From Mobula birostris (taxonomy: Eukaryota), in the NCBI RefSeq assembly GCF_030028105.1, contig NC_092384.1, positions 42,911,553-42,975,552 of the forward strand: a stretch of DNA of 64,000 bases. The letters are read 5' to 3'. Below are positions 11,401 to 26,400 of this stretch, piece by piece (the first letter of the stretch is position 1; every line of letters begins with the position of its first letter). The notes under the pieces were generated by a model that made no database searches, was not told where the DNA came from, and saw only the letters and a program-made list of their open reading frames with translations. The translations under genes and the position numbers were made by a program.

Positions 11401-14400
11401 AATTCAAGTTAAAAAAAGGGTCTCTCACCTGAAATGTTTCTCTGTCCACAGAGGTGGGGTGACCTGCTGAGTATATTTTTTGTTTTAGATTTCCAGCAGA
11501 TTTTGTTTTTTTAATTTTTCTCCACCACAGGAATTTATCTAGTCAAACTTTTTTTGATCTCTCACTTAAGTAAGGGTCCCACACCACCAGGTTCAGAACA
11601 ATTATTGCTCTTCAACCATCAGGCTGCTGAAACAGCGTGGATAATTTCACTCACCTCAACACTGAACTGATTCCACAACTTATGGATTCACTTTCAATGA
11701 CTCTACAACTCATGGTCTCAGTATTATTTATTTACTTGTCTATTCATTCTTTATTTGTTTATTTTAAATGTGCACAGTTTTGTCTTCTTTAACACATTGG
11801 TTGTTTGTGAGTCTTATTTGTGTGCAGTTTTTCACTGATTCTATTGTATTTCTTTGTTCTACTGTGAGTGACTGAAAGAAAATTAATCCCATGGTAGTGT
11901 ACGATGACAAAAGCATACTTTGATAATAAGTTCACTTTGAAATTTGAAGTAAGGGTATCACTTGGGAAGGAAGATGTTCAATGCAGTCTCACTCACTGCA
12001 GTCTCAGACAATCTTCTGTAATAGGAGACATTATTCCACTTGGTATTCAGCTGCACTGGCAAGTTAACATTATATAAATCATGCACAAGACCACCTAGGT
12101 CCACCTAAAATTCCAGTGTTCTCACTCCCTGCCCATTTAAGAAAATTGTGCTTTTCTATTTTTACTATTGAACTGGATAACCCTACTTGCCCCACAGATC
12201 CCTTTAAATCTTTCTCTTCACACCTTAAATCTACGTCCCCTAGTGTTAGACACCCCTACAAGAGGAAAAGGACTGTGATCCTCAACCTTATCTATGCTCC
12301 TCGTGATCTTATAAATCTCTATAGGGTCACCCCTCAGCTTCCTACGCTTCAGGGAAAACAGTCCCAACCTACCTGGTCTCTCCTTATAACTCAAGTCCTC
12401 CTTGTTAAGCTTCTCTGCACCTTCACTAGCTTAATCTCATTCTACCTACACCATGGCAATCACAATATTCCACACACACTCTCACCATCATCCTATATAG
12501 ATAGAGATAGATAGATACTCTATTGATCCCAAAGGAAATTACAGTGACACAGTAGCATTACAAGTTTATAGATAAACAAATATACAAACATTAGAAGAGA
12601 AATAAGAAAGAATAAAAAAATAAGACTCTCAGATAAAGGAGCAGAAGTAGGCCATTCGGCCTATAGAGTTTACTCCGCTATTTGATCATGGGCTGATCCA
12701 ATTCTTCCAGACATCCCCCCTCCTCTACCTTCTCTCCCATACCCTTTGATGCCCTGGCTAATCAAGAACCTATCTATCTCTGCCTTAAATACACCCAATG
12801 ATTTGGCCTCCACAGTCACTCATGGCAACAAATTCCATAGATTTACCATTCTCTGACTAAAGTAATTTCTTCACATCTCTGTTCTAAATGAATATCCTTC
12901 AATCCTGAAGTCATGCCCTCTTGCCCTAGACTTCCCTACCATGGGAAATAACTTTCCAACATTGTATTTCATTTGCCACTTCCTTGCCCATTCCCCTAAA
13001 CTATCTAAATCTCTCTGTAGGCTCTCTGTTCCCTCAACACTACCCACTCCTCCACCTATCTTTGTATCATCGGCAAATTTAGCCAGAAATCCATTAATCC
13101 CATAGTCCAAATCATTGACATACATCATAAAAATCAGCAGTCCCAACACCAACCCCTATAGAACTCCACTAGTAACCGGCAGCCAGCCAGAATAGGATCC
13201 ACCCACGCTAGTAACTTCCCTGTAATTCCATGGGCTCTTATTTTACTAAGCAGCCTCATGGGTGGCATCTTGTCAAAGGCCTTCTGAAAATCCAAGTTCA
13301 CCACATCCACTGCATCTCCTTTGTCTACCCTGCTTGTAATTTCCTCAAAGAATAGAGTAGGTTAGTCAGGCAGGGTTTTCCTTTCAGGAAACCATACTGG
13401 CTTTGGCCTATCTTGTCATGTGCCTCCAGGTATTCCATTATCTCATCCCTAACAATCGATTCCAACAACTTCCCAACCACTGATGTCAGGCTAACAGGTC
13501 TATAGTTTCCTTTCTACTGCCTCCCACCCTTCTTAAATAGCGGAGTAACATTTGCAATTTTCCAGTCATCCAGTACAATGCCAGAATCTATCGACTCTTG
13601 AAAGTTCATCGTTAATGCCTCTGCAATCTCTGCAGCTACTTCCTTCAGTACCCAAGGGCGCATTGCATCAGGCCCAGGAGATTTATCCACCCTCAGACCA
13701 TTAAGCTTCCTGAGCACCTTCTCGTAACTTTCACTGCACATAAATTACCTCAAACAGTCCAACAGGGGGGGATCATTACTTTCTCAGTTATAGTTTGACT
13801 CATTATAGAGCCTAATGGCCGAGGGTAAGAATGACCTCATATAGCGTTCTTTGGAGCAGCGCAGTTGTCTTAGTCTATTACTAAAAGTGCTCCTCCGTCC
13901 AACCAAGGTGGCATGCAGAGGGTGAGAAACATTGTCTAGAATTGCCTGGATCTTCCACAGGGTCTTTTGTTCTACCACAGTCTCTAGTGTGTCCAGTTTG
14001 ACTCTTATAACAGAGCCAGCCTTTCCAATCAGTTTACTGAGTCTGTTAATTCCATTGCCCCAGCACACCACTGGATAGAAGATTGTACTGGTGACAACAG
14101 ACTGTTACAACATGTGAAGGAGAGGCTTGCATACTCCAAAGGACCTCATACCTCAGGAAGTAGAGGCAACTCTGGTCCTTCTTGTACACAGCCTCTGTGT
14201 CGGTGCTCCAATCAAGTCTGTCATCCAGGTGCATCCCCAGATACTTGTAGGCCCTCACCACAACCATGACCTCACCATCAATAATACCAGGGAGCAGTGC
14301 AGGCTTAGTCATCCGAAAGTCCATCACCGTCTCCTTTGTCTTACGAATGTTCAGCTGCAGATGATTCAGCTTGCACCATTAGACAAAGTCCTCCTCCAGG

Positions 14401-17400
14401 GCCCTGTGTTCATCCTCCCATCCTCCCTTTATATGCCCAACTATTGGTGAGTCATCAGAGAATTTCTGCAGATGACATGACTCAGTGTTGAATCTAAAGT
14501 CCAAGGTTTACAGGGTAAATTGGACGGGAGCCAATACTGTGTCCTGTGGGGCCTGAGTGCTAGTTATAGCCATGTCTGACACACAGCTCTGAAGCTGCAC
14601 AAACTGTGATCTGCTAGTCAGGTAGTCCATTATCCAGGATACAATGGAAGTGCCAACCTGCATTGAATGGAGCTTTTCCCCACAGCAATGAGAGCTGTAG
14701 GGTTTTGAAAGCACCTGAGAAATCAAAAAACATGATCCTCACAGTGCTGCCCTGCTTATCCAAATGGGAGTAGGCTCTGTTTAGCAAGTAGATGACAGCA
14801 TCGTCAACTCCAGTGTGCTCCTGGTAGGCAAACTGCAGGGGATCAACGGCTGATCTAACCAGGGTTGAAGGTGAGCCGGGACCGGCCTCTCTCAGATCTT
14901 CATGATGTGTGAGGTCAGGACCACTGGACAGTCGTCATTCAAGACTTTTGGTTGGCCCTTTTTGGGCACCAGGACCATGCATGATGTTTCCCACACAGTT
15001 GGGACCCTTTCCGGGTTGAGACTCAGATTAAAATTGAGCTGGAGAGCTCCACATAGCTACTCAGCACACTCCTTCAGGACCTTGGTGTTCACGCCATCCT
15101 GTCCCAATGCTTTGCCGTGTTTCCCCAGAGCCCTTCTCACCTGCTTAGTGGTGAAGGGGAGTCCATAATGATTGGGGAGCTGGGGGAGGTGAAAATCGGG
15201 ATGATAGCAGTTGGTGTGCGGATGATAGGTGCAGGGCAAGGAGGAGATGCAGACAGTGGTAGCCTGTGTTGTTTATCCACATGCTGGACTGGAGGGGGGG
15301 GGAGGGGAGGTGTTGTTATTGAGCGAGAATTGGGTACCTTGGCACCTGGACTGGTGTGCTGAGGGGCGTGTTAACAGGAGAGCAATTGTCAAACCTATTG
15401 AAGAATTGACTTACCTCATTATCCCATTCACAGCTGCATTCCAGGGCTCTACAGCCAGGCTGATTGAAGCCAGTGTTGTTCTTCATGCCTCTCCACACCC
15501 CTCATGTGCTACTCTGCCCAAGCTTGTTCTCCAGCTCTCTCCTGTATTCCTCTTTATCTACCTTGATCTTCTCCTTTAGCTCCCTCTACACTTGTTTCAA
15601 TTCCTCCCTGTCTCCAGATCTGAAGGCTCTCTTTTTGTGGTTGAGAAGAGCCTTTAGCTCACTAGTGACCCATGGTTTGTTGTTAGGGAAGCAACGAACA
15701 GTCCTTGATGGTGTTACAGTGTCCACACAGAAGTTGATACAATTAGTGATGCAACCAGTAAGTCCGATAGTGTCCTCCCCATATGGTTCACAAAGCACAT
15801 TCCAGTTAGTTACCTCAAAGCAGCCCTTCAGGACCTCGAGGGCCTCTGGAGACCATTTCTTTACTACCTTGGTGGCAGCTAGCTGTTGCTGTGCTTTGGG
15901 CTTGTGAGGTGAAACAGGCTGTGATCTGATCTTCCAAGTGGAGCTGTGTGTATCTTTAACGTTTCAATACAAGAGATCCAATGTTTTATTTTCTCTTGTA
16001 TGACACTTGACAAACTGATCCAAGCTGGGCAGGATTGTCGAGAGAGAAACACGGTTGAAGTCTCTCCCGATACTGCAGTGAACGTATTGGGGTGTTGAGT
16101 CTGGAGCCTCGCGATGGTGGTGTCTATGACATCACACTGCATCAGGAAGGCAGAATGTAGACAACCAGCAATATGGTGTGGCTGAACTCACGCAGCAGAT
16201 AAAATGGATGCTAATTCACTGCAAGCAGTTCGATGTCCAGACTGCAGATACGTTCCTTCACAGAAATGTAACAGGGATTACACCATCTATTATTCACAAA
16301 CACAGCAAGCCTACTCCTCTTCCTCTTACCACACTGTAGATTAACTCTGTCTGCTTGTATCATTGAAAACCCAGTCACAGTAGCATTGCACTCCGGGATT
16401 TGCTCGTGTAACCATCTCAGACGGTGTGTGCCATGCAAGGTGGCAGCACATTACAGTAGCTCCGTGACCATTAGGGATAGGAGCAGAATTAGGCCATTTG
16501 CCCGTTGAGTCTGCTCTGCCATTTTATCATGGCTGATCCATTTTTCCTTTCAGCTCCAATCTCCTTCCTTCTCCCTGTATCCCTTCATCACCAGACCAAT
16601 CGACAATCAATCAATCTCTGCCTTAAATATTCATAAAGACTTGACTTCCTCAGCTGCCCGTGGCAATGAATTCCACAGACTCACCACTCTCTGGCTAAAA
16701 AAATTCCTACCTCACTTCCATTGTAAGAGGACTCCCTTCTACTCTGAGGCTGTGTCTTCTGATCTTAGGTTCTCCCGCCATAGAAAACATTCTTTCTAAA
16801 ATAAGGGGCGCAAAACTGCTCGCAATACTCCAGGTGAGAACTCACCAGTGCCTTATAAAGTCTCAACATACCAACTGTTTTAGACAGCGCCCTATCCAAT
16901 GAAGGCAATTGTGCCGTACTCTTTCACTATTTTATCTACCTGTGTTGCCACTTTCAGGAAACTGTGTGCTTGCACCCAAAGTCCTACAACACTCTCCAGG
17001 TCCCTGATATTTGCTGTGCAGGTCTGATCCTGATTTAGCTTCTTAAAATGCAACACTTTGCACTGTCTGAAATGATTACTTTTTCATAAGTGTATATTGA
17101 CTTCACCCGATCACACACAACAAACCTTGGAAGAAGTTCAGGGAACAACGACTTAGTTGGATAGCATGAATGCCTTGTTGTTTGAGAAATGGCCACGTTT
17201 GGAGGAATGTTAAGTGATTATGTAGAGGACTGACTGAGCTTGACAGGGAAGATTCTGAGAGATGATTCTCCTTGTGGGACAATCTGGAATTCAATAGCAC
17301 AGTGTTTGAATAAGCGATGACCTGTTTAAGAAGAAGATGAGGAAAAGTTTCTTTTTTCCAAAGGGATGAAATCCTTGAAATTCTCTACCACAATGAGTGG

Positions 17401-20400
17401 TGAATATACTCAAGGTCAAACTACAAATTCTCATGTTTGTTATATGCAATATTTCTGAGGTTTACTAAATTCCCCTGAGAGAATCACACAGAGATTTTGG
17501 ATTTATTTATCTAACCCTGTGAGGCAGTTGATCAAAGAGCGGCCCTTTTGCTTCAGGGTCAGGTCGTCTTGGAATCAAGTCTTGTTCCAGAGCTGAGCAC
17601 CAAAATCGACCAATACGTTTGAGAGCAGTGCTGAAAGGGTGCTGCTGTGTGAGGAAAAACTGCCATCCGTTCTTTCAGGTGGACCTGATAGGGCGGCACG
17701 GTAGCATAGTGTTTAGCACAACGCTTTACAGTAGCAGCGACTCACATCCAATTCCTGTCGCTGCACGATCTCCCCATGACTACGTGGGTTTCCACAGGGT
17801 GCTCTGGTTTCCTCCCACGGTCCAAAGATGTACTGGTTAGTAGGTTAATTGGTCATTGTAAATTGTCTTGTGATTAGGCTAAGGTTATATTGGGGGTTGC
17901 TGGGCAGTGTGGCTCGGAAGACCCCATTCCGCACTGTGACTCCAAATAAATAAATAAATTATATATTTCATATTATTAAATCAAAGAGAAGTGGGGGAAT
18001 TTCCTTGGATGTACTGGCTAATATTTGGTATGTCCTAATCAGCATAAATAATGCCAGATAATTTGCTTTTAATTATGGGGATTTATTGTGTGCAAATTGG
18101 CTGTGATGTTTCTTCCAGTAATGACATCCATTTTAAGTACTGGCTATTTGCACTATTTGTAACGTGCACCTCAAATCATCAAAACATACTGTGAAATGTG
18201 TCATTTTCATCAGTGCCAACTCAGCCCATGGATTGTGCTGGGGTGATCCCACTAATGTCACCACACTTCTGGTGCCACGATAACATGCCCACAACTCACC
18301 AGCCCTAACCATATATCTTCGCAATGAGGGAGGAGATCGGAGCGCCCAGGTAAGCCCAGACCATCACAGAGCGAACATACAATCTCCTTACAGACAGTGG
18401 CAGGAATCAAACTCTAATCGGTGATCACTGGCGCTGTACAATGATTGTTCTAACCCCTATGCTACCGTGCACCAAGGTTTAAAGTTCAAAGTACACTTAA
18501 TATCAAAGTATGTATACATTATACAACCTTGAGATTTGTCTCCTTTCAGGCTGCCACAAAACAACCCATAAAAAAAGACCATCAAACAGCCGGTGTGCAG
18601 AGAAAAATCGAATCACGCAAACTAATAAGAGTAAACAGAAAGTATTCACAGCGCAAGTGAGTCCACAGACACAGACCCAGAGCATCCGTAGCAGGCGCAG
18701 TTCATCGCAGAGCTGTGTAACCATCGCGGAACAGCCAGCAGAATCGGCCTTACCATCTCCTCTGGTCCCGACACCCTGCCTTTTCAATCTGGCCTGGCGT
18801 TTAACTCATCCAAACATTGCTGCAGCACCCAGACCCTGTCACTTCGATACACTCCAGGCCTGGACCCCGCCACCACATTTTGGCCTGTACCTGACCTTTC
18901 CAAACTGGCCTGGCGCTTAGATCAATTAAACCACAGGTCTTCCCTGGCTCTCGGTTTAGGTGGACAGGCCTTGATTTTTCCTCATTTCCGCTCGCCCTGA
19001 CTTTGCCTCACCTCCGCTTGCTTCGAATCTGCCTCAACCTCACTTCTACTTGCTTCGACACTCGACTCTTCCTCACCTCCACCCACCTCTCTGTTGTTTG
19101 TACTGATCGTTTACCATAAATGTTATGAGAAGGAGTGTTGTCAATAAAGCATTTGGTTGTATTTCCTGATGAAGGGTCTCAGCCCGGAATGCCGACTGTA
19201 CTCTTTTCCATAGGTGCTGCCTGACCTGTTGGGTTCCTCCAGCATTTTGTAGGTGTTGTTTGGATTTCCAGCATCTGCACGCTTTCTCTTGTCTGTAGTT
19301 GTGTTTTTTGTTTTGTTTGCCACCAACAAGTAGTCGCTGGGCCTCACCAGCGACTTCTTAAACTGGAAATTATAGAGTGCTGTATAAGTTACATTTCTTC
19401 AATACTTTTATGTTCTTAAATAACATTCCTCATAGGTGTTGATGACGATATTGAATATTTTCCAACACAAATGAAGCGCAAAGACTGGGCACTGCAGGCT
19501 ATTGAAGAAGGGCGCCGCACTATAGTTAATTACATCAGTCCAAACATCCATCCACTCCTAGATATTTTAAAAGAGAAGAAAATAATCTCTGAGAATGATC
19601 AGAGTGATATAAAAGCTAAGCTAGACATCGATAAAGGCCGGACTCTCCTGGACATAATGAGCCACAGAGGGCAGTGGGCTTGTGTTCAATTTTTCAATGT
19701 CGTACAGAATACTGATGATCTTTATCCTGGCATCAGAAAGTACCTAACATCACTTTTGGAATCCTACACTGAGAAAGATGACAGACCTGCTTTTGATCTC
19801 CTCTGTGAAGGCAGACCAACGAGTTTATTTCAGATCAACAACGAAAAATCCGAAATAATCAATATTCCTGAAGGTAAGTGTGCTTACATATTTAGAATTA
19901 ATGGACATTTCTGTATTTAACAATAATGAATCATGAAAAGCTTGAACCCATCTCTTTGCAAATTCCATAATAATATATCAAAGTACTGTGACACAGATAT
20001 GCTCTGTCACAGTACTTTGATATATAGCTGGTTGAGGTGAGTACTTGAAGGCTTGAAGCCCTCACACATTAAAAAAAGATGAAAATTATTCCTCCATGGG
20101 ACTATTCAGTTAAAAGGCCTCCAAACATAGCCCTCAACCTAAGGACATAATTTCTCTTGAAGTATTCTGTTCTCCATTTTGAATTTAGTTCATCATGTAG
20201 GCAAAGTCATCTAGTCACCATCTACAATCTTCCAGCCACCTCCACGGTCAATGGTACATGTACATTAGGTAGTTTTGTCAAATCCCCGGCTCCAAGCAAA
20301 GCACTTTTACAGTTTTATTCAGTTTAAATAACATTCCTCAGGAATTTCTGGATTGGATTAGCTGGAAGTTGTGTAGTTGTTCAATATAATTTGATAAGAA

Positions 20401-23400
20401 ATGTGTATTTGTGCAAAGTGCTTCTGAATGAATAGGCTCATTGAGTAAAGGACCTCTCTCACATTCCCTTACAATGTCCCAGGTTTATCTGCACATACTT
20501 CACACAGTGAATAATTCATGTGCCATTGTTGCCTCACTTTTATTGAATATAAAGGTGTTTTGTAGAACAATTTTACACCAGATTTTTGCAGAATTTATAC
20601 CTAAAATGTACCCAAGATTGTATTCTAGCAACAATTAGATTTTTATTTTTTCCTTAGTATTCCTGTGAATTTAGGAGAAGTTAATTGTTTTTCAAATAGA
20701 GCTACACCTTAACAATATGTGATACCAAGAATCCAATTTGTGAATTGAGTTTACTGATAGGCTCTGCCTACCATATTTGTGGAAAGGAGTATATTACTGT
20801 TTGAACAATATTGTTGTCTACCTTCACATCATTCTAGAAGTAGTATTTAAACTCTATTGAACATGTTTTGTATTGTCTTACTTATGTGTAATAGAGCTTC
20901 TAGTACTTATATTCCAATGATCTACCTTCTGTATAAGACTTCATTCTTGCAAGGCATCACCTCACAGCAAATGTTATCCCATCATTACAGTTACAATGTT
21001 CATTGTAAATCAACCTCACAGATATGAAAGGTTTGATTTAATTTCAAACATAAGAGATCCTGCAAATACTAAAAATCCAGAGTAACGCACAAAATGCTAG
21101 AGGAACTCAGCAGGTCAGGCATCATCTATGAACAAAAATGAAGAGTCAACATTCAGCCAAAGACCCTTGAAAGGTCCTGGTGCCCTGTTGAAAGGTTTTG
21201 GCCCGAAACATCATCTCTTTATTCCATTGCATAGATGCTGCCTGACTTGCTGAATTCCTCCAGCATTTTTCATGTGTTACTTTAGTTTAATTTTTATGAT
21301 TTGTGTTCTAGTATGTGCCCATTTTATTACTGTATCTTATACATTATGTTTTATTACTCACTTTGGATGTCGCATTCATTCTAATGTTCTGTCTTTTGTA
21401 ATTATAGAAATCCTTAAAGCAACTGATAATCACAAGAGCATATTGAGAGCTCAGATGGAGAGAATAAAACCATACTTTGGATTTGATAACTCTAGTCCAT
21501 TACTGCAGGAGCATTTTACCAGCCTGGTCATTCTCAATGTCCAAGAAAGGAACAAAACTGAACATGAGCTGCTCCAGCACAGAGACTATACAGCCTGCGA
21601 GTATACAGATTTGCAGCAGCTTCTTTCCCCATCTGCACCAGGGAAGCCATCACCACGAATCACACTCGTGCAGGGAGTGGCAGGTATAGGAAAAAGCATT
21701 ATGATGCAGAAGCTTGCCTACAGTTGGGCATGTGGAACAGGTTACACTGGATTTTATATGTTGCTGTATTTCAGTTTCCGGGAGTTAAACACAATCACTG
21801 AGAAAATCAGTCTGACCGAGCTTATTATACGTAGTTATCCTCATTTGACTATATTATGCAAAAAACTCCTGCAATTTCCAGCTGGAATTCTATTTTTGTT
21901 TGATGGATTGGATGAATTCAAATGGCCTCTTGATTTTAGTGTTCATTCACTTGATAACCCATCCGTTTCTGAACGCATTAACCACTTGATTGTAAGCATC
22001 ATCAAGGGAGATCTCCTGCGTGACTCAACTGTTCTTATCACATCCCGCCCAACCTCAATTGATTTAGACCACAAAACCTATTTTAATCGGTGTGCTGAAA
22101 TTTTAGGGTTTTCCAGGAATGAAATTGCAAAATACTTTGAGAAGTGCCTCAAGAATAAAACATTTGCTGATCATGTCTTCCAGACTGTGAAGAACATTGA
22201 CTCCTTGTATGGGCTCTGTTACGTCCCTGCGTTTTGTGACATTTTGTGCTTCTATCTCCGTAAATCATTTCACTCTAAAGGCAAATGGTCCAATCTGTCT
22301 TCATTTCCCAAAACGATCACAGATTTATTCCTTCGTTTCACCAAGTGTTTACTTGTCTGTACCAGTGGTGAGGAAGAAGACCCTGAGTCCTTCTGCATAG
22401 AAGCTGATGAAGACAAGAATGAAATTATTAACTTGGCACAACTTGCATGGGATGGAGTCATCAATAAAACAATAATATTTTCATCTAAAGACGTTGAAAA
22501 AAACATCTCTCAAAAGGCCAGAGTAATAAAATCCTTCTGGAAAAAAATCCTCACTAAAGAGAGCCTACAAATGATGCATTCTCATATTTGGCAATTTTTC
22601 CATCTGACTCATCAAGAGTTTTTTGCAGCACTCTATTGTATTTCTGGTGTGGATCATGTGCACAAGGCCTTCAGCTCAAAGGGCAGCACTTTTGAGATTG
22701 TGCTGAGGTTCACTGCTGGCTTGGTCTCTCGCAGCAACAGAAAACTTGTCCAACAGTTGGTGCCTGAACACCAGGTCAAAGAAAGGGAAGTCTTTGCAGC
22801 TATTGAAAATGCTGCTGCTGTTGACATTCCAAAAGAAGACAAGCTAACTCCTGAAAATATCAAAAAATATACAGCACACAAAAGACAAAAACTAACAGCC
22901 TCTCATTGTCTGTATGAAGCAGCAAATGAAGATCTAACAAAATCAGTTGCTTCCCAAACAAGTGACTGTGTGAATTTTTCTTACATCACTTTGAATGTGA
23001 CTGACTGCACTGTGATTGCAAACCTCCTTTCCCATCACACAACTATTGAAACACTCGAACTGGATGGGTGCAAAGCTGGAGCTGCTGGTTTCCAAAGACT
23101 GAAGTCTATTTTTTCCAGAATCAAAACACTGAGGTAGTGAAATAGAACATAGAAATCTACAGCACATTGCAGGCCCTTCGGCCCACAATGATGTGCCGAC
23201 CACGTAACCAACTCTAGAAACTGCCTAGAATTTCCCTAGCGCATAGCCCTCTATTTTTCTAAGCTCCATGTACCTATCTAAGAAACTATTAAAAGATCCT
23301 ATTGTATCCGCTTCTATCGCCACCGCCGGCAGTGCATTCCACACACCCACAAGTCTCTGTGTGAAAAACTTACCTCTGACATTCCCTTGGTACCTATTTC

Positions 23401-26400
23401 CAAGCACCTTAAAACTATGCCCTCTCATGTTAGCCATTTAAGCCCTGGGAAAAAGCCTCTTGCTATCCACACGATCAATGCCCCTCATCATCTTATACAC
23501 ATCTATCAGGTCACCTCTCATCCTTCGTGGCTCAAAGGAGAAAAGGCCAAGTTCACTCAACCTATTCTCATAAGGTACGCCCTCCAATCCAGGAAGCATC
23601 CTTGTAAATCTCCTCTGCACTCTCCCTATGTTATCTACATCCTTCTCGTAGTGAGGTGACCAGAACTGAACACAGTACTCCAAGTGGGATCTGACTAAGG
23701 TCTTGTATAGCTATAATGTTACTTCTCGGCTCTTGAACTCAATCACACGGTTGATGAATGCCAACACACCATAAGCCTTCTTAACAACAATGTCAGCCTG
23801 CACAGCAGCTTTGAGTGTCCTTTCAACACAGACCCCAAGATCTCTCAGATCCTCCGCACTGCCAAGAGTCTTACCATTAATACTATATTCTGTCTTCAAA
23901 TTTGACCTACCAAAATGAACCACCTCACACTTATCTAGGTTGAAGTCCATTTGTCACTTCTTTGCCCAGTTCTGCATCCTATCGATATTTCATTGTAACC
24001 TCTGACAACCCTCCAGACTATCCACAACACCCCAACCTTTGTGTCATCAACACACTATCTAACCCACCCCTCCACTGCTTCATCCAGGTCATTTATAAAA
24101 ATCACAAAGAAGAGGGATCCCAGAACAGATCCCTGCAGAACACCAACCTCCATGCAGAATACGAACCATCTACAACCACCCTTTGCCTTCTGTGGGCAAG
24201 CCAATTCTGGATCCCAAAAAAAGGTCTCCTTGGATGCCATGCCTCCTTACATTCTGAAGGAGCCTTGCATGGGGAACCTTTATCAAATGCCTTACTGAAA
24301 TCCATATACACTACATCCACTGCTCTACCTTCATCAATGTGCTTTGTTACATCCTTAAAGAATTAAATCAGGCTCGCAAGGCACAACCTGCCCTTGACAA
24401 AGCCATGATGACTATCCCTAATCAGATTATGTCTCTCCAAATGCTCATAAATCCTGCCTCTCAGGATCTTCTTTAACAACTTGCCCACCACTGAAATCAG
24501 ACTGACTGGTCTATAATTTCCTGGATTATCTCTACTCCCTTTCTTGAACAAGGGAAAAACATTTGCTATCCTCCAATCCTTCAGTACTTCTCCCATCCCT
24601 ATTGACGACGCAAAGATCACCTCCAGAGGCTCAGCAATCTCCTCCCTTGCTTCCCACAGTAGCCTGGAGTATACTTCATCCGGTCCCGGTGACTTATCTA
24701 ACTTAATGTTTTTCAAAAGCTCCAGCACATCCTCTTTCTTAATATCTGTATGCTCAAGCGTTTCAGTCATCCCCACAATTGCCAAGGTCTTTTTCCCTGG
24801 TGAATACTGAAGCAAAGTATTCAATAGGTACCTCTGCTACCTCCTTCGACTCCGTGCACATGTTTCCACTATCACTCCTGATTGGTCCTATTCCCACATG
24901 GCTCATCCTCCTGCTCTTCACATACTTGCAGAATGCCTTGGGGTTTTCCTTAATCCTGTTCACCAAGGTCTTTTCATGTACCCTTCTAGCTCTCCTAATT
25001 TCATTCTTAAGCTCCTTCCTAGCAACCTTGGAATTTTCTGGAGCTGTAACAGTACCTAGTTTCTTGAACATTTTGTAAGCTTTTATTTTCTTAACTGGAT
25101 TTTCTACATACATTGTATACCATGGTTCTTTAACTCTACCATCCTTTCCCTGCCTCAATGGAACATACCTATGCAGAACTCCATGCAAATGTTCCCTGAA
25201 CATTTGCCACATTTCTGCCATGCATTTCCCTGAGAACATCTGCTCCCAAGTTCCTGCCTAATAGCATCATATTTCCCCCAACCCAATTAAATATTTCCCC
25301 AAATTGTCTGTTCCTATCCATCTCTAGCGCTATGATGAAGGAGATAAGTTGTGGTCACTACCTCCAAACTGCTCTCCCACTGAGAGATCTGACACCTGAC
25401 CAGGTTCATTTCCCAATGCCAGATCAATTACAGCCTCTCCTCTAGGTGGTTTATCTAGATATTGCATCAGGAAATCTTCCTGAACACACCTTACAAACCA
25501 CCCCATCCAAATCCCTTGCGCCAAGGAGATGCCAATCAATATTAGGAAAGTTAAAATCACCCAGTGAGGTTGGTTGCTCATCCTGATATGCCTAGATGAT
25601 TCCATTTCTCCTATAGACAATTCTTAAATAATGTCAGTGACCCAGCTTCAACCACTCTCTCAGGCTCTGCTTTCCAGGTACTTACCAGTCCTTGGGTGAA
25701 GGCAGTCCCTTCATATCCCCTCCAAAACCTTTCTCCCATACCCTAAATCTTCTATGTCCTAAAAACCCTCATATACCTTATGCCCCTAGTTATAAAAATT
25801 ACCCTATCTACACTCTTCAGAATTTAAATAAAAACTCAACCAAATCTCCTTTTATCCTCTTCTGCTCCAGGAAGATGAATAGTGAGCAAGAAGAAATAAT
25901 TTATGATCTTTAGTTTATGGGAAAATACTAGCAAACATCAATAGCATGATTATAACTCAGTAAATGAATAATTCATTGCTTGAAAAATGCAGATACAAAG
26001 AGAGCAAAAGATTATTATTGCAGCACACACCAAATGCTGGAGGAACTCAGCAGGCCAGGAAGCATTGTGGAAAAGAGTCAATAGTCGACATTTCAGGCCG
26101 AGACCCTTCATCAGGGCAAAAGATAATTATTGCTTTGTTTTTACAGTTTAGAGGGAAACATGCTAGAAGATGAAGGAGCAGAGATTATTGCTGATGCTCT
26201 CAGAAAAGAAACATGTAGAATAGAAACCTTAAGGTAAAACTTCCAATTCTTTACACATTTATGCACAATATTGAGAAGTATTGTTTTATTTGAAGTTGTA
26301 CACTAGTAACATTAAGGTTAAGCAAGAAGTTTCAGAAGTATAAATTCAATTAATGTAGAATGAAAACCAATAGGGTTAAAGTTTCTCAGCTTCATTCTAA

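Noticed and set aside
18503-18787. Hydrophobic minus-strand ORF as a TM exon
   Set aside because: Wrong strand, within repeat-like sequence, and no splice support.
21272-21407. Hydrophobic N-terminus ([15 protein letters not shown]...) on the 621-aa NACHT ORF, resembling a signal or TM segment
   Set aside because: It is T-rich intron sequence upstream of a clear acceptor at 21406-21407 whose phase matches the CARD donor.
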